Assembly: GCA_030141605.1 (NCBI GenBank)
Contig: JAQGDQ010000575.1
Span: 73,229-137,228, forward strand
DNA: 64,000 bases
Reading direction: 5' to 3'
DNA from: Tubiluchus corallicola
Taxonomy: Eukaryota; Animalia; Priapulida
Shown here: piece after piece, positions 19,109 to 33,374 of the stretch
Position numbering within the stretch: the stretch's first letter is position 1
Layout: each line of letters begins with the position of its first letter
Translations under genes and position numbers: made by a program
Notes under the pieces: generated by a model
What the model was told of the DNA's origin: nothing
Databases searched by the model: none
Seen by the model: the letters and a program-made list of their open reading frames with translations, nothing else

Positions 19109-20144
19109 GTTGGACTTTTGCTGAAACAATGTTCAGAAGTGAAAATTATTTAATAGATTCACATTAAAAACTCTTTAATTTTCGTCTTAGATGTTCTTGC
19201 AACAGTCATGACAGACATTATTTAATCTAAGAAACTGTCAGCATGCAAATTTAAATTAGTATTTCTAAGTTTAAACATTTTAAAACCTCAAATCTAAATA
19301 TTTATGAAGACGTTTTATTGAGATTAAATCCTCTAAACGAGTCTATATTACATTCCACATATTCGTACAAGTGGTCAAATTGGAAATACTTCACAAAAGG
19401 TTGCTATTCTTTTTCTTTGTTGCTTCTTATATAACCCGTTTTTTCTGGTTTAACCAGCGCTGCTACTATTGGAATGTGACTGTACATGCATAAGTTAAAA
19501 AGATTAAATTTATGCTACATAATATTATAGCCAATGAACGCTAACTTTACAACTACCTGTCTGAAACAGTTTGAATGCTATCTTATTTTGAAACAATTAT
19601 TATTAGCATTATTTTACAAATACTTACAATAAATAATACAACCAGGCACCCACGCAGTAAAAGTGTGCACGTCAGTCTGATCTAAGTCAAGTTGCACGCT
19701 CCTGCGTCTGAGACCTGGGCTGCTTACTTGATCAAGGACAAAACAATTTTCGCCCACAAGAATTACTCTGCGAGCCTGCGTTTTTCCATTGAACAGGTTT
19801 TGTGGACAAAATTCACAACAATAACAACTTAAGTTTATTTCTAGACTAATTGTGAATTAAAAGCCCGCCCTGACCTGTTCCCTCTCTAGTACATGCCTAG
19901 GCAGTTATTATTATTCACTGGGACATTTCCACCTTAAAGTCGTTACGTCACAACAATGAATGTCCAAATAAGGAAATCTCTTATTTTAAAGTCAGCAACT
20001 GGGAAGCTGTTGCCTGAGTCACCGGAGAATAAGTGCTGGATGTACTTAGATACGTTCCATCAGTTGAAGCAATCAGCAAAGTGGTAATGGAGCCGCCATA
20101 TCGGACTGGTTAAAGAGCTAAACACGGCTTGTAATGAACTACAC

Positions 20145-20700
20145 TTAATGGAAGACAGAATGATTTTCCATATATTATCCCATTTTCAAGTCCGATAAAA
20201 AATATACATTTTAACACAATTAATACGACAAAAGCGCTTCTGATAAATAAATAATAGATTAAAAATTTAATTAATGGAGGAGGGCGAGCCCAACTATTGA
20301 TGACATCACAAACTAACATAATTTTAACAGCAAAAATATTCCATGAGCGTGTTGCGAAAGCGAAAATTGAAGTACAGTGCTACTGTAAGTATTCAGTGTG
20401 TTGTACTAAAACTAGGCAAGTTTTAAGATAAAAATTCAAATTTCAAATTTACCGCTGTGCTAACGCATGAGCTGTCGAACGTGTGCAGTTCTTCACAAAC
20501 TAACACATGTGAACTGAGAGGTACAACACCTGTTTTTGTGCAATGCATTTCCGAAATGAAGACGCTAGTACCCATCTAACTAGCAAATGGTGAAATGCAT
20601 GTACAGCGAAGAACTAGTGGCGCGAATGCGAAATTGTCTTTGTGTGGTAATAATTCTTTCACGTAAGTCATTTTTGAAAAAATAGTATGTTTCCTTTCAA
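20145..20700. mobile_element. Non-autonomous DNA transposon (Kolobok-like MITE), copy 1
   Basis: Homologous to 39897-40930 (shared GGAAGACAG..TGATTTT start, GAACTGAGAGGTAC...CCATCTAACTAGC interior, TATGTT..CTTTCAATATTT end); TTAA(A)GG...CTTT-like termini. Confidence 0.45.
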
Positions 20701-20779
20701 TATTTTAAAGAGCAGATTGTTTTTACCTGCAGTTTAAGATTGGCTTTAAGGTGAAAGATCGTCAATGTCTATAATAAAC

Positions 20780-22560
20780 CCTTCTAGACAACGCATTAGT
20801 TTTCATTGTCTCGCCAAGTGAGAAACAGCAGGAAAAGCTTCTCTGCGTTACTTCAGTTTAGCAAATAGGACCGAATATGAAGAAGCCAAAGCTCAATTCG
20901 ACATCGAACTAAATACAGCTAAAGACGAGTGGCTTCGTAAGAATACGGAAAATCTAAATGCAAACAGAGTGAATTTTTTGGAGAGCATACACGAGTATTT
21001 GGCATCAACGAAGAAGCGGCGGAATCGTTATATAGAACATACTGTAGTGGAAGGCATTTAGAGAACAACACATTTGATAATAACTGGAAAAGCCAAGCGA
21101 ATTTAGCAGTAGAACAGTTAAACTGGGACCAGCAGACGGGCTTTGGCTTAAATGCGCCGTTCTCAGCAGGCGAAATCGAAAAGTCACAAAAGAAGCTCCC
21201 GTTCACTGACACTCTGTCCACATCGACAACTGCATCATCTGTTGTTTAAAAATGTTGATATTAAATGGCAAATCTGTATTTGATAAACGAGTATTGGTTC
21301 TGGTACATTACCCATTGTACCAAAATGATAACATTCATTCAGACCCATTTTTCATTTTTCCACGTCCCCTCTAGTATTCTACATCTGGATTACAGATCTA
21401 AGAAATAATATAATTCTATTCAATCATCTGTGCACAATGCCAATCTTAAGTTTTCTTTTTATTATCACTTTGACACAGGAGTTAAATTTTACTGTGTCGT
21501 AGTCAATCTTATTCTTCATTTCGATTGTAATCTCTGTAGAATTTATTTAAATTATTGTGTCCTAACTGTGTCTAGTATTTTTAATAATTTTATATGATCT
21601 AATACTGTACATACTGTAATATTGTTTTATACTATAAAAGTTCTTCTGTGTATCTTTTTAATATTGCATGTACTTATAATTTTAATCTTTTAACTTGCAC
21701 TTTGTGGAACTAGTATAATATGCACCAGACGCATTTGCTCCAAGCGATTTCGAAAAAGCTTTTGATAGTGTTTGGATTCAGGGATTACCGTTTAAATTAC
21801 ATTCGTTTCAGGTTAGAAGGCATACACTAAAACTCTTAGCTAATATGTTAATTATGTTAATATGCCTCTACAAGGCAAGTGTAACGACAGAGTTCTTCAG
21901 GGGTCAGTCGTGTCGCCTTTGTTGTTTCTAGTGTACGTATCTGAAATGTTTACGAGTTATCACTAAACACCAACAAATTTAAGTGTGCAGACGTTGGTAT
22001 GGTTTATGTTTTTCTACAGATGCAAAAATACTTGTTGCGAAAAAATTTGTTAATTGTGCAACAGGTGGTGGCGCTTAAAAATTAACACTAATAGACGTTA
22101 AGAAAACTGAAGCTCTATTGGTAGGGCGTGAAATGGCATCGTTCACAGCTTTTTTGGCCCGCAACATATAATGTACGTATAGTAAAGCAAAGCGTTGGGG
22201 AATTGACATTGATAATCTGGCCTCCTTTGAAAATCTTGTTAATAAGACGCGCAAAAAGCCTAGTGGCGTGGGGAAAAATGTTAAAAGTGCCGTAAATTCA
22301 GTGGGCTCTAGGGGCACTATAATAAATCTGTTAAGAGTAACCATTTTACCCACAATTCTCTGTGGTTGTACTGCGTGGTCGGTGCGAAAGTATTCGATGT
22401 GTGATGACGTAATGTAAGATGCCATGAAAACAGCTTTGGGGGCAGTTTTAAACCTGCGCGAGGTTAATATGTCGTCTCCTCTTTTTGGTGTTAATAGTTG
22501 ATGTCATAGGTGTCAAATGCATTTTAAATTGTTGCGCAGTGATATGCCACTTAATCTACT
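20780..22560 (+). mobile_element. Highly decayed non-LTR retrotransposon ORF2 (RT) fragments
   Basis: DFEKAFDSVWIQGL (about 21746), VLQGSVVSPLLFLVYV (about 21892), WRLKIN (about 22069), WGIDID; many stops and frameshifts. Confidence 0.7.
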
Positions 22561-22569
22561 TAAAGCAAA

Positions 22570-23295
22570 AGTCAAGTCTCTCGGGAAGTTGAGTTTATTC
22601 TAATACTTGAGAAAAACCTTTGAAAGTTTCAGCAATAAAATTGTATTAAGCATCTCGTGTAATTAGTAAAATCAATTAAAGTCGCCGTTACTTCAGGCTT
22701 GGGCGCGCCCATTTTAGACGAAAAAAGGGCGTCATCCGGTTTCAGTGCAATATAAACACTTATCCCGCCAAGTGCTTCAGAATCTTTTTTTGTCTTGTAG
22801 AGCGAACTCTATAAACTAAGCAACCAGCCCGGCACCTACTACGTGCTCGAAAGTTTACAAAGTCTGGCAATTAATTACATTTACACAATTAATGTGCACT
22901 ACTTACACATTTTAAGGCATAATCCTGTCCTGTGGATTAAAGCTGTGTAATCACTTTAAACTTGGTCATAATTGATCCAATCACTAATTTTTACATAAAC
23001 ACAGTTAAACACAACGCCAGAATGAATTTTTGAGTGAACTGTAGAAATTTTGCAAGGCGTACCATCACACAGCTTGCCTTCATGGTATTCACGCTGCCCA
23101 GGGGACACCAGCTTACGTCATTTTTTTTAAATATGCCGGCATCAACGTTCTTTTCGCGGGATGATAAAAAATATTTAAATTTCTTTTACATTTTTAAGCA
23201 AAGCATTCCATGTGCATATATTGTGTGGTAATTTCAATATTTTTAATTGTTCATTAAAATCCAATAAATGCTGTTCGAGGATTGGTTCTTTATTT
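22570..23295 (+). repeat. Dispersed repeat, inverted relative to 23922-24720
   Basis: For example GTAATTAGTAAAATCA...GGGCGCGC.CATTTT...GGCGTCAT (about 22659-22736) matches the reverse complement of about 24514-24589. Confidence 0.75.
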
Positions 23296-24717
23296 AAGCA
23301 TATAATTTTAGGCCTTGAAACAGATCTAAATCCAAGTAATTTTATGCCTTGATAACAGATCTAAGTCCAGGTAAGACGAGTGAGAACAATTGCGTTATCA
23401 TTCTTACCTACGCAAGGCAATTTTAAAAGTTCTTTGGGGCAGATTGAGCTTAGTAGATAGTCCTTATTGTGATTGTTGTGTACTTACTGGATGACTGCGT
23501 ATCTTTCAATAATGAAAAATGTCGCGAAGTTCATTTCATAATTACTTCGCGTTTGATTAACTTGACTTGTAGAACACCACAAGTAGTTGCGCGGCCTGCT
23601 TAAATATAAGCGCTATGCAAATACATGCAATTAATAAAGGCCACGTAGGAACAAGGTAAATAGTGTTTCTAATACACCACAAGTAATTATTTAATCTGCT
23701 CAATACATAATTAACCGTCAATTTACAACAGAGATGGGCGGGACAGAACTATCAGCCTAGGCGTCGTAAAGTCTTGATAAGCCCCTGTTTCAGCCAAGAG
23801 ATGGCATTAGCGTATGTTTAAACACATTTTTAATTAAAAACGTACCAGTAATTTTTCAAAAACCGGCAAAACACACAATTTCATAAATAAGAACATCGGG
23901 TGTGATTATAATCAAAGTTATCAAGTAAATTGCAATTGTGTACGATTTTAGAGAGTTTTTATTGGTAATCATCAGTTAAAAATGAAGGTAAAACTTTTAA
24001 AGAAAAAGCCAATTGTCGAACAGCATTCACTGCATTTTAATGCGCATTTAAAAATACTGAAATTACCACATAACATACGCGCATAAAAAGTTTTGCTTGA
24101 AATTTAAATCATTTTTATCTACCACCAAACGAATCTCGCTGCGGGTATATGTTTGAAAAAATGACGTAGCTGGTGAACAAAGCTTCTGCAGTTCACATAG
24201 AAATTTCGCTATTGTAGCTTCTTAAATATCTGTGCTTAACTTTGTTATTGCAAAAATTGGTCTCCAGATAAACTAGTGACAACTTCAAAGTGCTTATATA
24301 TCTTTAATCCAGAGGATTATATCTCAAAAGGCGTAAGTACTATAGGCAATAATTATAGGTAAAAACGAGTCCGCCAGCTCACAGCATACAAAAATGCCGG
24401 CTGATCTCTCGCTTAACGTTATGGATTGTTTATAGTTAGTAATAGTAACTGCTGCTGCAAAAAGTTTGTTCAACCACGTGGCAAATTACTGTTTATATTG
24501 TACGGTAACTCAATGACGCCATTTTTCGTTGAAAATGAGCGCGCCCACGTGTGAAGTGATCGTGATTTTAAAGTGATTTTACTAATTACATGAAACTTCC
24601 CAACATTTTCCTCAATTATCAAAGTAAGCTCTACTTCCTGAGAACCTTGGCTTTTGCTTTAAAATCAATGTATAACTGTAGAGTACAATTAAGTGCAAAG
24701 ATTCATAGAGTTCTACC

Positions 24718-25240
<523 letters not shown>

Positions 25241-25481
25241 CGCGTCTCCTTTGAAAGAACACTTAAGACCACTGTGAAATTAAATCCAATGCGCCTATAT
25301 GATAATATAAATTTAATTTAATTTGACTAGACAATGAGATACACAAACTACCACAAGCTTCTTCTTTTTCTGCACTTTATCTTGTGTAATTCTTTTTGCA
25401 AAAAACTAATTTCATGTATAATTTGCCCAAGAAAGTCCATTTATTAGTGCTTTCGCAAGTTCACAGTCTCTGAATTGATAT

Positions 25482-28400
25482 TTATCCAAGAGTCCTGGTA
25501 TCCAGAGGCGGGCAATCCTTTGAGTCTAAAAATAAATAATGAGTCTAAAAATAAATAATTGCACAACAATGTTTGGCAAGTATGCTGTAAAAATATTCAC
25601 AACATCAACAACATTGGGCATTGAAGTCCATTTACAATTACTGCCACAAGATCTGTTAAATTTCAGTCAGTCCAAAATGTAGAAAGAGCTTTAATAACGT
25701 TTAAATCTTTGAAGCCGAATTCACGAAACTCATGGCAGTTCTGCTAATATAATTAAGCTGTAATTATAATGTAAAAATAAGTTTTGCAAAAAATAGATAG
25801 ACTATTTAAATAGGCAAATATTAATGGCAGAAAAGCTTCAATTCAAAAGATTTTTGACTCTTTTTGGAACAAATGTTTTACAAAATTAAGAGGCACTGTG
25901 GCTGGTAAGCGAATGGATGAGCGACCACCAAACAGTATTCTTGTGTAGTTCGCTGACGTCCTTCAGTTATTTTGCTAGGCGGAGATGCAACAAACGCAAC
26001 AAATGCAACAAACACGGTTCTGCCGGTTCCATGTTTTGGTTCAGAAGTTTTTTTTACCAAGTAACTGATAATAATAAACGCTTTATTTCACAAACATAAA
26101 TACAAATACGATTAACAAATCACACACTTAAATAAACAACACACAAAGGAACACTTTCCTACAAATACAGGGCTATTTTTAAGCATGTGTTTAAGCAAGT
26201 AATCGGGTTCTAATTCTGTCTACCCACTTAATAGGAAATGGTAACTGGCCTTAGACTACGGCCAAATCACGTTGAAAACACCGGTTCTCGTCTAATCACC
26301 GAAGTTAAACAACGTAGCGCCTGGTTAGTACTTGGATGGGTGACCACCTAGGAATGCCAGGTGCTGTAGGCTTGCGGGATGCCCACACTGTATCTCGACA
26401 CTAGGCGGAGGAGCTGCACAAGCAGCCAATGGCTAGAGGGCGGAGGTGGTCAAGTGACCCAACGGCCATGTGTAGAGGAGTAAACCTTCCAAATCAGGAG
26501 AGGAGCCCCGAAGGCGGACCAGTAGTGCAGCATGCTCACTGACTCCGGCAGCTCCTGCGGCCAACCTGGTTCCAAACGTATCGCTCCGCTTTCCTTTGAA
26601 CTACACCAGGGAGGAAGAGAGGGGGTTCCGGTTGTCTGGGCAACTCAGGATCTCCATACACCTTGCCCAGGTATGCGCCCTGGAGGCGTTCAAGGAACGC
26701 ACTGCTCAGCCACAGTCGCCGCTGCAGCTCCATCAATGTGATCAATAACTGACTCTCTTGGCGCACACTTCCGAGACAGAAGGATGCCAACAACAAACAA
26801 GCTTTGTTTAGGACAATTTGTTTTAACAAAATCCTAGGATGGGATGCAGGGACGAAGGGGAGAGCAGAGAGGAAAGTGAAAGGATTACATACCAATCATT
26901 GTTTGTATCTCATGTACAATCTTGCGGAGGAAATCACACCTCTTTGTCATAGAGCCACCTTCTTTCACCTCAAATTCATCACCAATGTTGAGGTACATTC
27001 GTTCTTCTGTTGTAAACTCTGGCCACCACGCTGTATCCATAGCGCCACCTTCATTAGGATTTCTGAGACAAAACAACGCTCAATTAGTAGACACATTTTG
27101 ACTATACAGTAGGCGTTCATTATTATTATTCAATTGTTGATGCTTTTTGCGATTATTGTTGAAACTATTGTCTTCTGCTGCAGTTACTGTTGTTGCTGCT
27201 ACTGTAGCTGTTGATGTCTCTGTTGCTGTCATTCGTGGTTGATGTCTCTGTTGTTGTCGATGTCGTTGCTAGCGACGTTATTGTTTTTTCTTACTGTCAC
27301 TATGCTGTTGCTGCAGTTTCTCTTGTTGTTGCTGCTACTGTAGCTGTTGATGTCTCTGTTGCTGTCATTCGTGGTTGATGTCTCTGTTGTTGTCATTCGT
27401 GGTTGGAGTTATGTTTTTCTTGTTGTCACTATGTGTTGCTGCATTTCTCTTTTTGTTTTTGTTGCTGTTACTGTTGTTGCTGCTATTGTAGCTGTTGATG
27501 TCTCTGTTGCTGTCATTCGTGGTTGATGTCTCCGTTGTTGTCGATGTCGTTGTTAGCGACGTTATTGTTTTTTCTTAATGTCACTGTGCTGTTGTTGTAG
27601 TTTTTCTTTTTGTTTTTGTTGTTGTTGCTACTGCTGCTTTTGCTATACATGCAACAATATGACTGCAAACTGCATTGCCAATAACTCTAAGAAATGAAAG
27701 ACGTTTTTTCGCAAAATCTTTAATCTTTACCACATTATCTTTTGTACTATATTATTTGGCTTTTACTTACCGCTGCTTTTTGTTTACCATTTTCCTGTAT
27801 GTTTAGATATCTTTGATTGCATTTTCATCCTTCAGTTATTTAAAGTTGATTAGAGAATTTTAAACAGATCAACTTGCTAAGTAAAATAGTAATAATGTAA
27901 TTTCACTACTATTCATGAGTGAAATAGCTACAGTGTCATCCCAATAATCACATACATCCATTAAAGGATGGCTTGACTAGTTGACCTTCTTGGTCTTTCG
28001 CCATCCTATTTCCATTCTGATAATTAAATACATTTACTTGCCTCAGTTATATCATGAATATGGAAATAAATGCACGTCTTGAATTGAATTGAATTGAATT
28101 GAATTTACTATCCGACGTCCTTTAACTAATGAATGCAAATTACCTTTTTAATACACTGATGTATTATGGTACTTTCACACGGTATAGTCTGTACTGTTAC
28201 TCAAAAAAGTTTTTTGTTCTCCAAACTCACCCATTTTTTGCAAAATTATGGAAGTACGTCATCAAGGATTTGCTGATAGTTCTTTCATAATCGGTAAAGT
28301 TAGCTGTGGTGATAAGAGGCGATCCTAACATAAAGTCCAAATCGTCTCCATGTGCTACTCCAAGCCACTCTGGCCAGTGTGTACCAACTGGCCGATGGTC

Positions 28401-29729
28401 AAACGTGTACCAGTAAACATGACCACCTCTGTCAGACCAGCGTTCAGCAAACTCCAAAGAAGGGCAGATAAAGTAATAGTCACTGTAAAAGTTTGAAAGT
28501 GCCTTAATACACTGTTCATCGCCATAGGGATATTCAATATATGTATGAGCTACAATTTTCTGTACTATTTCATCTTTATAAACCTCACTGATGGCAGTGA
28601 CGTATTCGGTGTCGCTGCAGTTGGGATCGTGGTTTGTTGGTAGCAGCTTCAGTCCAGTTATTAAATGAAACTCAGAACCTTCATCTTTTGTTAACGAAAT
28701 AATAACAGGAATTTCAACATTTGCTTCGTCAATGGCGCTCTCTGGTGGCAATATCAGGAACTCACCATCAAGAGTTGGGACCATTCCTCTGCCATGCATG
28801 CCACCAGGCTTTGGCACTGTGTACTGCAAAATGTTTATTGCCGAGGCATTGGCTTCTCTCATACAAGACATGTCAACAATGTGATCTTCCACACATCCCA
28901 GTGAATCGGCAATGCTTGTAGAAACCGCAAGGGCATCCTCGGGTTTTTCATAACACCAGTTGTTCTTCCATTCATTTGGGGCTCCGCTTTGCATGATAGC
29001 TGAAGAAAATAACCCTTTACTAAGGGGAGAGATGAGATGGTAACCCACACTTGCTCCTCCAGCACTGAATCCCTCAATAGCGATCCTGTTTTTATCCCCA
29101 CCAAAAGCTTCAATATTATCGTGCACCCACTGAAGTGCCAAAACCTGGTCAAACAGGCCTTGATTTCCTGGTGATTCCGTGTTGTTCAGGAACATGAAAC
29201 CAAATGGACCAAGTCTATAGTTGATGGTGACTATGATCGTGTTTGCAAATGACGGATTAATGGTTCCATCGATCAACTTCATACTCGCTGCTCCAGCCAC
29301 GAAACCACCACCATGAATAAGGACAACCGTTGGTAGACCTTTAGCATCTTGTGGAGCAAACACGTTCAAATACAGACAGTCTTCACTTACTTTAGTAGTG
29401 AGATCATATTTATCTGTTGTCTTTAGCTCCTCTCCCCAGTTCTCATACAAATCCTGAAACTGGAAACAAGAATTGTGTGGCGTTGTCGCCTGTTTTCTTC
29501 CTTTCCATGGCTTTACAGGCACCGGTCTGGCAAATCTCAAGTTACCAACTGGAGGCTCTGCAAAAGGAATTCCTAGGAAAGTACGAATTCTTTTATCTAG
29601 CACTTCTTGCACAAAGCCTTGTACTCGACCTGTGGTTGTCTTGACAACTGGTCTTTTTTCCGTTTCACTTGCTGAGGCTAAGGAAAGAAAGCAGCTGACG
29701 AGCCAAATAAGTAGAACAAACCTTTGCAT
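25482..29729 (-). CDS. Cholinesterase-like carboxylesterase, copy 3 (predicted 570 aa, no hydrophobic tail)
   Basis: Exons 29729-28231, 27062-26893 and 25525-25482 (DSKDCPPLDTRTLG*). Motifs HGGGF, GFSAG, DEG, GVAHGDD; N-terminal signal-like peptide. Confidence 0.88.
26254..26800 (+). mobile_element. 5S rRNA-derived SINE (SINE3), in the last intron of copy 3
   Basis: 26254-26373 is a full-length 5S-like sequence (GACTACGGCC...CCGAAGTTAAACAAC...GGTTAGTACTTGGATGGGTGACC...GTGCTGTAGGCTT) with no oligo-T terminator, followed by a body of about 410 bp and an (AAC)n-like tail. Confidence 0.88.
27170..27640. repeat. Low-complexity GTT/GCT-rich tract with 28-bp units
   Basis: GTTGATGTCTCTGTTGCTGTCATTCGTG units, in an intron of copy 3. 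Confidence 0.85.
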
Positions 29730-29783
29730 GGTGGAGATTCTGCTAAAGCAAAGAAAAACACATTATTTTTTTATACATTACAT

Positions 29784-29813
29784 ATCTACGGCCATATCAC
29801 GTTGAAAACATCG
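29784..29813 (+). mobile_element. 5' remnant (about 30 bp) of the SINE3 that is intact at 37517-38040
   Basis: ATCTACGGCCATATCACGTTGAAAACATCG lies between the same TATACATTACA target-site copies (29772-29782 and 29830-29840). Confidence 0.85.
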
Positions 29814-29849
29814 GTATACATTATGTAAGTATACATTACACGCGCAGTC

Positions 29850-30410
29850 CTCATAAGTGAGGTTTTCAGTACGTAGAATTAAAAAATTAAAAATAATCAA
29901 TATAAAAAACAAAGTATCCTAATTAATATTACATAAAAGAATGGTTGTAAAGCTTGATTAGAGTTGAAAACAAAATTAAATGCATTGTAACTAACCACTA
30001 TTTATAAGTAATTCGATGAGTTTCTTTTTAAATATTTCAGATTTTATAATTTTACTTAATTCAATTTTGATTGCATGTTGATAGTAATGCTTGCTTGTCC
30101 TGACTATAAACCGTCTTGTACCAGCATTAAATTTTACAGTTGGAATGAATAGTACATTCGACTGTTTAGTAGTGCGACAGATCATTACAGTTGAAATTTA
30201 GCTGATTATAGATGTACGTTGGTTGTTTACTGACTAATATTTTGTGGAGCAAGCAAACACCTGCAAATATAGCTAATTGTTTAACAAATAAAAGCTTCAA
30301 ATTTATGACGTCAGATTAGTTGTCATATTTTCCCAACAGCATTACATTATTTTTGAAGAATTTAAAACAGACGGCGATTTGATCAGGTAGGCCTGTGAGT
30401 AGAATATTTC
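29850..30410 (-). mobile_element. CR1/L2-type LINE 3' fragment (paralogue at about 38060-38430)
   Basis: ORF remnant ...LFIPTVKFNAGTRRFIVR...FKKKLIELL resembles ORF2 C-termini of this group. Confidence 0.5.
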
Positions 30411-31171
30411 GATGAGAATGAGTAATTCATCATCATCATCGTATGCCCATTGCGTCTATTGTAGACATTGGGCAGGCAGAACTCTAAAATAAAAGAAATC
30501 TACCCATAAGACTGAAAATCCAGCAAAAATTAAACACTGCTATGACAGGGTTTGTCAGCACTACTTCCGCTCAATGAGAATGAGCAATTGGTCTTTTCGT
30601 ACTCAAAGCTGTTCCGCCAAAACGCAGTGAAAATAGTTCTTTTATAACAAAAATTTAAATTTCTAGATGTTAACATAATTATACATTAACTGAACATTTT
30701 TATAAACCATGATTCGCAATACCTTTGATATTGCTTTGCAACCAATCTTTATATTTCAGAAGAATTAAATTAAATTAGAATTAAGGTACGTGTTGGCGCA
30801 TGAATACAAAATGCATGGAGATCTTGGCGCATGCGTGGAGGTGTTTTACTGGTTGCGGAGTTGGCGACGTCAAGGTTTATGCCATCGTCTTGAAAATGAC
30901 ATTATAATAAATAGTATTTTTATTATTTTTATAAAACAAACTCTGATTGATCGGAAAACTTAACTTAATGATTGACAGAACATTTATTTCAAATTTAACC
31001 AGATAGCTTTTGCACACCATGATGCCCAACGTCAGTCAAATAAAAACGAAAAGAATCTGCCTTTGGGTGAAATTTAATTTTTTCGACACAATTATGCATT
31101 TCATAAATAAGCTAACATGAATGATTGTCTAATTTACGTATTTGTTTATGATCTTTCCTTTTTTACTATTC

Positions 31172-31702
31172 ATAGTGCAACTAGACATTGTTGCAACTAG
31201 AGATAGTGCAACTAGATATTGTTGCAACTAGAGATAGTGCAACTAGATATTGTTGTAACTAGAGATAGTGCAACTAGATATTGTTGCAACTAGAGATAGT
31301 GCAACTAGATATTGTTGCAACTGCAGATAGTGCAACTAGATATTGTTGCAACTAGAGATAGTGCAAGAAGATATTGTTGCAACTGCAGATAGTGCAACTA
31401 GATATTGTTGCAACTAGAGATAGTGCAAGAAGATATTGTTGCAACTAGAGATAGTGCAACTAGATATTGTTGCAACTGCAGATAGTGCAACTAGATATTG
31501 TTGCAACTAGAGATAGTGCAAGAAGATATTGTTGCAACTAGAGATAGTGCAACTAGATATTGTTGCAACTAGAGGTAGTGCAACTAGATATTGTTGCAAC
31601 TAGAGATAGTGCAACTAGATATTGTTGCAACTAGAGATAGTGCAACTAGATATCGTTGCAACTGGATATAGTGCAACTAGATATTGTTGCAACTAGAGAT
31701 AG
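31172..31702. repeat. 31-bp minisatellite (GCAACTAGATATTGTTGCAACTAGAGATAGT), about 17 copies
   Basis: 31-bp period built from 16+15 bp subunits. Confidence 0.95.
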
Positions 31703-31861
31703 TACACAAGTGCTATATACTGCAACAAATTCAAAACAAAAAGAACCAGCAAAAATGAAGGTGCTGTAAAGATAGCTATCTTAAGCAGCCGATATGTAAA
31801 CTAAACTGTACCATATTCCTTAGTTAAGATATCACTCAAACGTACTTTGTTTAACACTTAC

Positions 31862-32003
31862 CCCGATGGTTCAATTTGTTTCCATCCAATGCACAAGCTT
31901 GCCACTGTCTGATGATCCTAAACCTAAGTCAGTAAGTGCCTCGCCAGCAGCTGAATACTGGTGGGATCAAGGTTAGAGCGTTTTTAAGCAGGCTTATAAA
32001 TAA
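31862..32003 (-). promoter_or_regulatory. Putative TATA promoter and non-coding first exon of esterase copy 3 (paralogue at about 38920-39061 for copy 4)
   Basis: Minus strand reads TATTTATAA at about 32002-31994, then about 100 nt ending in GG|GTAAGT (31862/31861). A matching acceptor lies just upstream of the ATG (about 29744). Confidence 0.45.
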
Positions 32004-33077
32004 ACTGTTGCTTCTTACCGAGTGGTTTCTGGATTCAGTTGGTTTTATTTGCAAACTCCCCTCATAATGACAGAATGGGGGCATTTGAACCCACACTGTG
32101 AAGCTGCGAATGGCAAAGAAGTTGTTATGTGTGATGACCTAGCAAGTAACACCATTGTTGCGATGGGACAACATTGTTCTTATTATTGTTGTTGTTGTCA
32201 TTATAATCCAAGTAAATTGCAATTGTGTACGAGTTTAGAGAGTTTTTTATTGGTAATCATCAGTTAAAAATGAAGGCAAAACTTTTAAAGAAAATGCCAA
32301 CTATCGAACAATATTCACTGAATTTTAATGCGCATTTAAAAATACTGAAATTCCCACATAACATACGCGCATAAAAAGTTTTGCTTGAAATTTAAATCAT
32401 TTTTATCTACCACCAAACGAATCTCGCTGCGGGTATGTTTGAAAAAATGACGTAAGCTGGTAACCAGCACGAAAGTAAGAAAGCTTCTGCAGTTCACATA
32501 GAAATTTCGCTATTGTAGCTTCTTAAATATTTGTGCTTAACTTTGTTATTGCAAAAATTGGTCTCCAGATAAACTAGTGACAACTTCAAAATGCTCATAT
32601 TCTTTAATCCACAGGATTATATCTCAAAAGGCGTAAGTACTATAGGCAATAATTATTTGTAAAAACGAGTTCTGCCAGCTCACAGAATACAAAATTGCCG
32701 GCTGGTATTAATAATCTCTCGTTTAACGTTTTGGATTGTTTATAGTTAGTAATAGTAACTGCTGCTGCAGAAAGTTTGTATAAGCACATGGCAAATCAGT
32801 GCTTATATTGCACGGTAACTCAATGACGCCATTTTTCGTTGCAAATGAACGCGCCTACGTGTGAAGTGATCGTGACTTTAAAGTGATTTTACTAATTACG
32901 TGAAACTTTCCAACATTTTCCTCAAATATCAAAATAAGCTCTACTTTCTGAGAACCTTGGCTTTTGCTTTAAAATCAATGAATAACTGTAGAGTACAATT
33001 AAGTTCAAAAATTCATAGAGTTCTCCCCCCTCTCTCTCCCTCTCTCTCTCTCTCTCCCTCTCTTTCTCTCTCTCCCT

Positions 33078-33128
<51 letters not shown>

Positions 33129-33374
33129 CTCTCTCTCTCGCGTCTCCTTTGAAAGAACACTTAAGACCACTGTGAAATTAAATCCAATGCGCCTATATGA
33201 TGATATAAATTTAATTTGACTAGACAATGAGATACACAAACTACCATAAGCTTCTTCTTTTTCTGCACTTTATCTTGTGCAATTATTTTTGCAAAAAACT
33301 AATTTCATGTATAATTTGCCCAAGAAAGTCCATTTATTAGTGCTTTCGCAAGTTCACAGTCTCTGAATTGATAT

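Noticed and set aside
25878-26070. Alternative last exon for copies 3/4 (acceptor giving VTW*)
   Set aside because: No homology to the Cys-containing terminal exon seen in all five copies; the 44-nt exon fits better.
26254-26373. 5S rRNA gene (also 34137-34256 and 37517-37636)
   Set aside because: No oligo-T terminator, shared long body and tail, a TSD around one copy and mismatches among copies indicate SINE heads rather than rRNA genes.
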